From: Octopus vulgaris
Lineage: Eukaryota
Direction of reading: 5' to 3'
DNA length: 64,000 bases
NCBI GenBank assembly: GCA_951406725.2
Contig: OX597818.1
Location: 121,148,001-121,212,000, forward strand
Positions within the stretch are counted from its first letter, which is position 1, and each line of letters starts with the position of its first letter. Position numbers and translations under genes: made by a program. Shown piece by piece: positions 24,640 through 35,260 of the stretch. The notes under the pieces are model-generated. The model was given only the letters and a program-made list of their open reading frames with translations. It did not search any database and was not told where the DNA came from.

Positions 24640-25880
24640 AGTGGGGTGGCAGATGTTTGCAATTATTTTTGTGTGCTTTTATGTTTATTCAGGCAGAGCT
24701 GGAGAGATATTGTTTTTAGGATGTGATTAGACTTGTAATATAATGCACTGTGTATATGTCTGGGTATTTCAGAGTGATTTTTTTATATAGTAACACGGAC
24801 TCTAACAGCAGCTGAAGGCATATGCGACAACAAACTATGCTTTCGCCTGTCTTGGTGTTCTTCCATTACTTCACATTGACATTTACTTAACTCCAGAAGT
24901 GTTATAATTTTACCCAACTTCTAATATCTGGGTTATTGACTATTTTAGTATAAATAATTTCAAATATCGGTAACAGCAGTAATTCCTTCAAGCGCTAGAT
25001 GTAGCTTGTTTGTAATTTTGTTTGATCAGGGGTCATTTGAGTTTAGATTTAAATTTGCCTTTTGATTGTCTGAAATAAAGAAGTCAAAGTTGTGGTCTGG
25101 TGAGAAGTCCATCACAGGGTCCACGCCTTTTTGCAGTTTGGTGACTTGTGTGCCGCAATGGCCTTGAGTGTTATGTCAGCGAAGCGCAAGCTACTAGCAG
25201 GCCTCTCATGCTAAACAGGTCAAAGGATTGGGGCCGAACTATTATGGACCACTTATTGCCAGAGGTAAAAATGGGTTTGCGTAGGGCCAAGAGCCCTACC
25301 GAGGGAAAAATAAGTTACAGAGACATCAAAGACTTTTTAAAACAAACAAGACCTGGCAGAGGAAGGCCTTCCATTTATTTGACGCGATTCAGTAAAGTAA
25401 GAAAAATCAGAGCTGAAAAATCAGGGACCCAGCTAAAGAGATGCAGAAAAGACAGTCCAAAAAATACCGGAGAAAAGTCATTAATGGCTTATGTTCCACA
25501 GAAGCAAAAGGCTTGAGGAGATAGGAAGTGCATTTTCTTTGCGTTTCCTTTGAAGCGTGGGTGGCGGAAGCTTTTCTGGCTGATTTTCAAGAAAGGTTTG
25601 GTAGCGAAGATTGTTTAATGTCAAATTGCGGATGTATTATTTAATGGTGTCGTTGGACTGTAAATATCAGGAGTGACAGTTCTTATTGTCCTTCTAAGTA
25701 GGAAAATGGTCGTCTATCACATTGAATTGTCTTAAAGCTATGGTGTGGAAACTTTAATATTGCTGAGGATGGTTGATAGTTGGTGTCAATGAGTACATAT
25801 CTTTTGCGGGTCGTGGCCGCGTGTTCGCTCCTCATTATAGTATTATTTCGAGTCATGTTGAAGGTAGCTTCTTCGGAGAA
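24640..25880 (-). mobile_element. Highly decayed Penelope-like remnant interrupted by an RTE-derived piece (~25140-25520, +)
   Basis: Weak GIY-YIG-region-like peptides; insert ends in RTE-like GCTTATGTTCCAC. Confidence 0.3.
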
Positions 25881-25903
25881 CATGTTACTCGCTAGGATAT
25901 GCT

Positions 25904-26293
25904 TTTACTCTTTTACTTGTTTCGGTCATTTGACTGCGGCCATGCTGGAGCACCGCCTTTAGTCAAGCAAATCGACCCCAGGACTTATTCTTTGTAAGCC
26001 TAGTACTTATTCTATCGGTCACTTTTGCCAAACATCTAAGTTACAGGGACGTATACACACCAGCATCGGTTGTCAAGCGATGTTGGGGGGGACAAACACA
26101 GACATACAAACATACACACACATTCATACATATATACGACGGGCTTCTTTCAGTTTCCGTCTACCAAATCCACTCACAAGGCTTTGGTCGGCCCGAGGTT
26201 ATAGTAGAAGACACTTGCCCAAGGTGCCACGCAGTGGGACTGAACCCGGAACCATGTGGTTGTTAAGCAAGCTACTTACCACACAGCCACTCC
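25904..26293 (-). mobile_element. SINE family B
   Basis: Colinear with 12983-13393. Confidence 0.88.
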
Positions 26294-26510
26294 ATCGACA
26301 ACAATGGGTGGATAGTTAGCTTGTGTGGGAATGTAGAAAAGACACTATTTTATTTCTTTTTGAAGGGTTCTATAATTTCGGGTTTAGTTTAAGTGTGACC
26401 TTACCATTTACCGTGGTTCGGCTCGCTTCGTTTCTCACCTTCATACTGAATGTTGCTATTCTTTTTTCTTAGGTAGCCAGCTTTACACCTACTGGCGTTA
26501 TAAAAATTAG

Positions 26511-26935
26511 GGATCTTTTCGATTTGAACGGCAGTTTTTTCTAGCGGTGTCATATGAAATTGTCACCCATAATTATGACCCTAGTATCGATCTATTGCAT
26601 TTCAATCTGTTTTAGGGTTAGAGTTAGGGGTGGGAGGAAGGGTATCCTTTTTTCTTCACAAATGTAAATAAACCCAATCTGTTTCTTAAACGAGGGACAT
26701 ATTCATACGGCACAGAATGTTTTTTTTACCTCAATAGACATATTTGATTGGTTGAAATTGCAGAAATTGAAAAAACCAAAAAAAAACCCAAATATCTTAC
26801 AAACTATAGAATTTTCTCAATAAAGCCAAGAGAAAAAGATGTTTTATAAACACATTCTACCAGTATACGAAGTTTAAAAGTGTTTAGTTACGTGGAAATT
26901 ATTTTTAAAAACTGCCGTTCAAACCGAAAAGATCC
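26511..26935. mobile_element. MITE with GGATCTTTTC(G)...GAAAAGATCC TIRs
   Basis: ~29-bp TIR, AAAAATTA on both flanks, near-identical to 60549-60970. Confidence 0.85.
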
Positions 26936-26969
26936 AAAAATTATAAGCTTCTACAGGTCTGTACGAATT

Positions 26970-27245
26970 GGCTCTTTATTAACCACAAAAGGCTGATATA
27001 TAGAGGGGACAGACAAGGGGTCGGGGGGATCGGATGCAATAACAAAATGATAAACATTAATTGAAATTTATGACAATATACATGAATAACGGATGATATA
27101 ACAATGACGGAGTGAAGGACAGGTGTGACCCCACAGACCACGTTCCATCACTGATCCCTTTATGAGACTTTTATGGTCTCACTCAAGCGGGTACATTTGC
27201 TCTCAACTTGCTTGCCACTTTCTTCCATCTTTTCTCATATATATA
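26970..27245 (-). mobile_element. Second Tx1/L1-like 3' end remnant
   Basis: YEKRWKKVASKLRANVPA* followed by tail GTCCCCTCTATATATCAGCCTTTTGTGGTTAATAAAGA. Confidence 0.45.
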
Positions 27246-28732
27246 CTGAGTGGCATAGGTCTATAAGAATGCCACAAAAAAACTCATATAATGATCACGT
27301 AGGCCCAGAAAAGAATGCTGCAAATAACTGTTTGATAAAATTATAGATGGGAAAAGTTTCCGTTCTCCTTACCATTATACATGCCATTATTTGCTCTACG
27401 GAAACTACGCAGCTCTCAATAGGATAATCGGATTTACCAAGCGAGAATAGTTACCAGAGTCTAGCAACTTATTGTTATCTTGGGTGTCACTAAAGGGTCG
27501 TTGTGGTTAGTCGGCATCGGAAATCGATTTAAGACGAAACACTGTAACCGCCAAGCAACCCATAATGTCATTGAGAAGGCCATGCTGTCGTTGTTTTAAT
27601 CCAACAAGTATCTTGTTTACGGAGATGTACTTGCATAGCGAGTGACTTGATCTGAGATCGTGTGCTGGAACGAAAACAAGTATCTTTGCTATATCAAAAA
27701 AAAAAAAAAAAAAAATGTTGGGAGTTTTCCTGGCCTGAATAATGATCTGCATGTTGCTACAGGTCATGTTTGGATATGACCCTTTTCCTTTATTATAGGC
27801 ACAATGGCCTGATTCTATAGAGGGGACATAAGACAAACGGGAACATAAAGCAAATGATGTATGGTTGATGGAATGTTTGGATATGACCTGGCGAATTATG
27901 CGACTTTATCAAGTCTCGGTTTACGGAAGGAACTTAGTAAATGACGTCGAGTTAAATTGGTTCTTCCTTTTGTCTCTCCTAATTTTGTTAAGATGTCATT
28001 GAATCACGTGACGACTGACGCAGATTTAAATTTGGAGATTACTTCGTCAACGTTTATTCAGTCTGAGATTGTTCGATATTCAAATAACATTTCGCAAGTT
28101 TTGAGAGCTTATATTTTGGGTGAGTTCTCGGAATTGTTTTTACTGTCCTTCTGTAGAATGAGACTGTTTTATTTTATTTTATTTGTATAGAAAACATACC
28201 AGTTTGTCTTTAATGTCATGTTTTAAGACCATTTGTATTTTGAATTACTTTCGTTGTATATTTGGATATTAGTTTGATTTAATTATTTTTGTTGTAGGAA
28301 TTTGCAGTGATATTATTTTTTAAAAAATCTAAGTGTCATTACTTATCTTGCAATACTTTTGACATTATTGAAGAATCTCAAACGAATACACATACACTTG
28401 CTTGAGAACAAAATCTACTGGGGGGGGTGCAAATCTAGGTTTTTGTTTTCTTTTTTTCTTTTTGCAAACTAGATTTTTTTTTCCTTTGAGAAGAAACCAA
28501 CTCCAAACTACTTTATACAGATCACTTTTTACGCCTTGTTTTCTAAACCTAAAATAGATACGAGTGAAAATTGGAATGTAAGAACACACTCGGCTCTCCC
28601 CACAATCTCTAAACCATTTTGAAATCGAATTAATACTTTACTGCTTCATTTTCTTGAAATGTGAAATTCTTTCGTTAATCTTTTTTTTTTTAAAAAGCTT
28701 AAATTGCAAATGCAAACGAAATATATTTATAT

Positions 28733-28887
28733 AGGAGTGGCTATGTGGTAAATAGCTTGCTTACCAACCACATGGTTTCAGGTTCAGTCCCACTGCGTGG
28801 CACCTTGGGCAAGTGTCTTCTATAGCCTCGGACCGACCAAAGCCTTGTGAATGGATTTGGTAGACGGAAACCGAAAGAAGCCCGTCG

Positions 28888-28922
<35 letters not shown>

Positions 28923-29125
28923 TTATGTTTGTTTGTTCCTTCAACATCGCTTGACAAACGACGCTGGTATGTTTACGTCCCCGTAACTTAGCGGTTCAGC
29001 AAAAGGAGACCGATAGAATAAGTACTAGGCTTACAAAGAATAAGTCCTGAGGTCGATTTGCTCGACTAAAGGCGGTGCTCCAGCATGGTCACAGTCAAAT
29101 GACGGAAACAAGTAAAAGAGTAAAA
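28733..29125 (+). mobile_element. SINE family B
   Basis: Colinear with 12983-13393. Confidence 0.88.
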
Positions 29126-29576
29126 AGAGAGATATACATTTATATCCCATTTTAAGTCGAAAACCTGTTTTAAAAAATTTTATACAAATTCCAAGATCTC
29201 CTAAAAATCGTTTTTGTAAAATTGAAAAATTATGCTGCTTGACAGAAGAAACCAGCGGCACACTTTCGTCTCCGACTCTGCAAAACCGAACAAAACGATT
29301 GGAATATAACAAAGATGCAGAGGTAAAACATCTCTCGCAATAACGTTTCTGGACATCTTATTTGAACAGGTTGAAACGTGACCATTAAAAGATTGGATTT
29401 CTTCTACGCAGTCCACCGGAATTCCTGTCTTTGCATGCGTAGGGGTGACACACCCCCAATGAATTTTTAACGAGAGTTTGACAGGTCGGCTATAGTAAAT
29501 TTGGATTAGTTGGTTTGCCAGTTCAGGTTAGAGCTGCGTGCTGAGTGGAAGCCAATGGTATAAGAGCTGTATAAAA

Positions 29577-29806
29577 GGCGGCGAACTGGCAGAAACGTTA
29601 GCACGCCGGGCGAAATGCTTAGCGGTATTTCGTCTGCGTTATGTTGTGAGTTCAAATTCCGCCGAGGTCGACTTTGCCTTTCATCCTTTCGGGGTCGATA
29701 AATTAAGTACTAGTTACGCACTGGGGTCGATGTAATCGACTTAATACCTATGTCTGTCCTTGTTTGTCCCCTCTGTGTTTAGCCCCTTGTGGGTAATAAA
29801 GAAATA
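29577..29806 (+). mobile_element. SINE family A
   Basis: GGTATAAGAGCTGT at 29557-29570 and 29807-29820. Confidence 0.9.
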
Positions 29807-29862
29807 GGTATAAGAGCTGTTCTGAAGAGTAATTTTTTAGTCACTTACAAAAGGTACCGGCA

Positions 29863-29976
29863 TTCCTTGGCACCTCTACGTTGAAAACATTGGTTCTCAC
29901 CCGATTACCAAAGTTAAGCAACGTCGAACTTAGTACTTAGATGGGCGATCGCTTTAAAAACATAGGTGTCACAGAG
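29863..29976 (+). pseudogene. 5S rRNA pseudogene
   Basis: ACGTTGAAAACATTGGTTCTCACCCGATTACCAAAGTTAAGCAACGTCGAAC-TTAGTACTTAGATGGGCGATCGC is colinear with invertebrate 5S (A and C boxes), with many substitutions and a short deletion. Confidence 0.8.
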
Positions 29977-30394
29977 CCGACTAATTAACTTCACTTCTCA
30001 ACCATGTGGTCCCAGGTTCGGTCCAACTCTAGGACGTCTTGAACAAATGTCGATTTCTTTACAGCGTCGGGTCACCCTATATATTATAAAATGAGGTGGG
30101 CAGAAACGGTAAAACCCGGGTGGTTGGATTGTACCCGCAATTCAACAGTTAGATTTCTTACACACTGAGTCATTCTGATTCTGTCTGAGAATTATGTTAA
30201 GGATACAGATATCAGAGGAATATTCAGCCACTTACGGGTAATTCATTTGATCTAATAACTGAATCCTCGTCGTCAAACGACGGAGATTTACCTCAACGTG
30301 AGGTACAGAAGCTCGTTTCGCAGCCGTGTAGTTTCGTGTTCAGTCCCACTACACAGCACCGTGTAGTGCTCTGTTATCCCTGTAGTTGTTCAAG

Positions 30395-30624
30395 ATGGCG
30401 AGCTGGCAGAAACGTTAGCACGCCGGGCGAAATGCGTAGCCGTATTTCGTCAACCGTTACGTTCTGAGTTCAAATTCCGCCGAGGTCGACTTTGCCTTTC
30501 ATCCTTTCGGGGTCGATAAATTAAGTACCAGTTACGCACTGGGGTCGATGTAATCGACTTAATCCGTTTGTCTGTCCTTGTTTGTCCTCTCTGTGTTTAG
30601 CCCCTTGTGGGCAGTAAAGAAATA
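30395..30624 (+). mobile_element. SINE family A
   Basis: TATCCCTGTAGTTGT duplicated on both flanks. Confidence 0.9.
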
Positions 30625-31768
30625 GGTATCCCTGTAGTTGTGCCTATATGGTACCTCTGTATTTAAGTAGTGCCCAGTTCTCCTACGATAGTTTCGGATT
30701 GACCAATGACTTGTAAGTGAACTTAGCGAACGAAAACTGTGGAACCCTGTTTATGTACACGTTTATCTTTATATGCATGTGTATGCAGTTACCTTCCCTA
30801 CGCCGCTTGACAATCGTTGCTGGTTTGTTTACGTTCGGGCTTGGCACGATAGAATAAATACCATACTAAAAAAAAAAGTACTTGGGTCAATTTGTCCGAC
30901 TAAAACCCCTCGGGGCAGTGTCCCAGCATGGTAGCAGTTTAACGACTGAAACAGTGTGTATGAGAGAGAGAGAGAGAGAGAGAGTAGTCTAACTCCCTCG
31001 CACACATCCACCACTTTCAGACATACTTATGCTTTTGTTTGTTTTGTAACACCGGCGTTGACATTTGTCCGTCATGTGTTTTCTACTACTGGTTCCCCCC
31101 TGCCTTATGCATACATACATCCTTGCGAAATAGCTGCTGCTTCAGTAGAAACTCAACATCTATAGTCTTTCTCTCCCATCTTTCTTGTCCATTAGCATTT
31201 TATCTTTTGACAGGACCACAAGTCGATTAGAATAGTTCCTTTCCACTTCGGAGTTCTGCTAAAAGCGCCTTTACATTTAACAACGTAAGTTGATAGAATT
31301 TTCTTTCACTGGATCTGTCGTAAACATTCTTTTCTTGGTACTTGCAATTATTTTCTTTTTGATTTACTCTGCTTTTTTAATTTTCGCTAAAAATTTTAGA
31401 TCTTTCCGCTAAATTAAAAACAGATTAGTTGCTACATAGTCTTAGGTCAGCCTCCGACTTGGATATAAAAAAAAATCAATGGTATTCTCACCTTCCGAAG
31501 ATATCCACCTCTGTGTGTGCAAGCATTTACGGAGATCCATGACATAAAATGGGTGTGTATGTATGAGCATGCAGACATTGTGGGTATATAATTCAAATAA
31601 GCTTTAAATACACTGAAAATTTAAAGTGAATATAATTTTCCATAAGATTTCAATAGTCGTTAGTTTATTTATGTGAAAAAACATTTTTATTCATTTGGAA
31701 TGTGTAAATCTAATTGTTTTTTTTTTTTTCTTGCATACTTTTTGTTTATGACCTAGACACATGCAACT

Positions 31769-32786
31769 TACACACACACACACACACACACGCACAGGCA
31801 TACACACACCTGCATACATACACACACATGCATACATACACACACACATGCATACATACATACACACACACATGCATACACACACACATGCATGCATACA
31901 CACACACATGCATGCATACACACACACATGCATGCATACACACACACATGCATGCATACACACACACATGCATGCATACACACACACATGCATGCATACA
32001 CACACACACACACATGCATGCATACACACACACATGCATGCATACACACACATGCATACATACACACACACACACGCATGCATACATACATACACGCATA
32101 CATACACACACGCATACATACACACACACACACACACACGCATGCATACATACACACACACACACACGCATGCATACATACACACACACACACACGCATG
32201 CATACATACACACACACACACACGCATGCATACATACACACACACACACACGCATGCATACATACACACACACACACACACGCATGCATACATACACACA
32301 CACACACACACGCATGCATACATACACACACACACACACGCATGCATACATACACACACACACACACATGCATACACACACACACGCATGCATACATACA
32401 CACACACACACACACGCATGCATACACACACACACACACACGCACGCATACATACATACACACACACACGCATGCATACATACACGCACGCATACATACA
32501 TACACGCACGCATACATACATACACACACACACGCATGCATACATACACACACACACGCATACATACACACACACACACGCATGCATACATACACGCATG
32601 CATACATACACACACACACACGCATGCATACATACACACACACACACACGCATGCATACATGCACACACACACACGCATGCATACATGCACACACACACA
32701 CGCATGCATACATGCACACACACGCATGCATACATACACACACACGCATGCATACATACACACACACACGCATGCATACACACACA
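31769..32786. repeat. ~1-kb compound (CA)n/CATG/CATA microsatellite
   Basis: Units such as CACACACACGCATGCATACATA. Confidence 0.95.
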
Positions 32787-32938
32787 GAGTTCAACTTGGC
32801 ATGTCAAAAGTTAGAGCAAATAAGATGTAAATAAGAAAAAAAAACCAAAATCTTGTCCTGTGCCATGGATAGTATTCTCTCGGGTGGTGCAGAGAACGTC
32901 GTCCTGGAATATATAGCATATGTATATATATGTGTGTG

Positions 32939-33083
32939 CACTAGCGTAGGTAGTGTGTGCCACCCGGGCGGCCCTTCCGTTTGCCACCCCCTAACCCCAC
33001 AAAGAACATTGCCTACAGCAGACCCAAAAGTGCACCCGGGGCGGACCGCCCTTACCGCCTTACCTCCACCCTAGCTACACTTG
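32939..33083. mobile_element. Short GC-rich hAT-like MITE in a (TG)n tract
   Basis: CACTAGCGTAGGTAG...CTAGCTACACTTG imperfect TIR; TGTGTGTG/TGTGTGTC flanks. Confidence 0.45.
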
Positions 33084-33812
33084 TGTGTGTCAATGCCTCA
33101 CTATGGCTGAAACAGAAGTAAAGGTTTATATACACTAACACGTATAACCTAGTGCACTAACCTAGTATAACCTAGTGGTTAGGGTGTTGTATTCACGATC
33201 GCGAGATCGTGGTTTCGATTCCTGGATCGGGTGGTACGTTGTGATCTTGAGCAAAACACACATCTCACCTTGCTCTGCGTTCACCTCGACACCTGAAATG
33301 TGGTACACTGAGCACCTATTCAGTTAACGTTGAGTGAGCCAAGGTCCTGCGCATACGTTTGAACACTACGTTCAGCAAAAAAAGAACACACACACACACA
33401 CGGACTATAATTGGTATCCAGTGTTAGCAGTATTGGACGAAATTCTCTCACACGGTTTAGGTCAGTCTGGAGTTACTTTCCTAAAGTGTCACACGGTGGT
33501 ACTGAACCTAAGACCATGTGATTGGGAAACAACCTTCTTAACCACACAACCACAATGTAGAAGTGTGAATATATTTTGTATGTGTATATGCGTGTGAAAA
33601 TGTATAAATATATTTTCATTTATATTATTTATTATCAGCAGAAGTAATATTAGTTCAAAATAGCATTCTGTATATCTTCCTTAAAATGGGAATACTATAG
33701 AAAGTCAGAAAATTGATATTCATCTTGAGAAAGTATCTCGTATGAAGGCATAGTACTAAAAAGCACAGAGCTATATTAGCTGCAGATGAAGTGTCCAAAA
33801 GTGGTGGGGGAA

Positions 33813-33857
33813 TTGCTAAATCTAGATTTCTGCTTCTTTGAGCATCATCAGTGACAA
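33813..33857 (-). ncRNA. Minimal type I hammerhead ribozyme motif
   Basis: TTGTCA CTGATGA TGCT caaaga AGCA GAA ATCTAGAT T TAGCAA. Confidence 0.7.
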
Positions 33858-33953
33858 GTATCCACTAGACAAATTTAGCCTCAACTGATATAGAAAAACA
33901 ATGATTGACAAACCATGCCTGAGAGGTTTTTTCAATATGAATGCCCCAGTTAA

Positions 33954-34170
33954 GGCAGCAAGCTGGCGGAATCATTAGCATGCTAGGCAAATATGCTTAG
34001 TGACATTTTGTCAGTCTTTACGTTCTGAGTTCAAATTCCACTGAGGTCGAATTTGCCTTTCATCCTTTCGGGGTCGATTAAATAAGTGCCAGTCAAACAC
34101 TGAAGTTGATGTAATTGACTAGCCCCCAATCCCTGAAATTGCTGATCTTTTGTCAAAATTCGAAACCAAT
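33954..34170 (+). mobile_element. SINE family A (alternative tail)
   Basis: CpG-decayed head GGCAGCAAGCTGGC. Confidence 0.8.
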
Positions 34171-34571
34171 ATGAATACCACAGTTTTTCAGCTTTCTACT
34201 GTATATCACATTAAGATATAGAGAGCACTATTTTGACTTAAGATTACTTCTGCCACTATTTACCCAACTTGCCAGCTATTTGCAACACCAGTCATTTGTT
34301 AATCATTGCTTTTCTATATAAGTAGAGGCTGAATTGTGATCTAAGCATACAACTTCTAATGTATACTTGATATTGCTCAGACACAGAAATTTAGATTTAC
34401 CAATTCCACCACTGCTGATATAATTGCTTTTTAATATGTCTTTGAGATGCTTTCTGACTTTCTGCAGTATATCCATGTTAAGATTTGCAGAATGTTTTAT
34501 ATATGTTTGCATAGAAATGGTGGTAAGCGAAACAAGAACATATCTCAGAGTTAAATTATCAATTCTTGTAT

Positions 34572-35141
34572 TTGTTTCTACTCTAGGCACAAGGCCCAAA
34601 ATTTTGGGGGAGGGGGGCCAGTCGATTAGATCGACCTCAGTATGCAACTGGTACTTAATTTATCAATCATGAAAGGTTAAGTCGACCTTGGTAGAATTTG
34701 AAATCAGAACGTAACGGCAGACGAAATACCTATTTCTTTACTACCCACAAGGGGCTAAACACAAAGTGGACAAATAAAGACAGACAAACAGATTAAGTCG
34801 ATTATATCGACCCCAGTGCATAACTGGTACTTATTTAATCGACCCTGAAAGGATGAAAGCAAAGTCGACCTCGGCTGAATTTGAACTCAGAACGTAGCGG
34901 CAGACGAAATACCAATTTCCTTTACTACCCACAAGGGGCTAAACACAAAGTGGACAAATAAAGACAAACAGATTAAGTCGATTATATCGACCCCAGTGCA
35001 TAACTGGTACTTATTTAATCGACCCCGAAAGGATGAAAGGTAAAGTCAACCTCGGCGGAATTTGAACTCAGACCATAGCGGCAGACGAAATAACACAAAG
35101 CATTTCGCCCAGTGAGCTAACGTTTCTGCCAGCTCAACACC
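34572..35141 (-). mobile_element. SINE family A trimer
   Basis: Junctions at 34730 and 34913; TTATCAATTCTTGTATT on both flanks. Confidence 0.88.
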
Positions 35142-35245
35142 TTATCAATTCTTGTATTGTAATAATTTGTTTTTCATTTCCTTCCATTAAAATTCCTTTG
35201 GTTTCATTCTCTTTCAGTAACCAATTCAGAAACAGTGACTTAAAA

Positions 35246-35260
35246 ATGGCTGATTCAAAG
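35246..35260 (+). CDS. Desulfurase-like gene, putative coding exon 1 (MADSK); exon starts at 35218
   Basis: Pyrimidine tract plus CAG acceptor at 35217, AAAATGG start context, AAG|GTAACA donor, phase 0 matches next exon. No homology support for so short a peptide. Confidence 0.6.

Noticed and set aside
26611-26632. TTAGGG telomere-like motifs
   Set aside because: Only about three imperfect units inside a MITE (also near 60650); not an interstitial telomere array.
31691-32834. Six 300+ aa ORFs rich in H/T or C/V/M
   Set aside because: Translations of a stop-free microsatellite in all frames; not genes.
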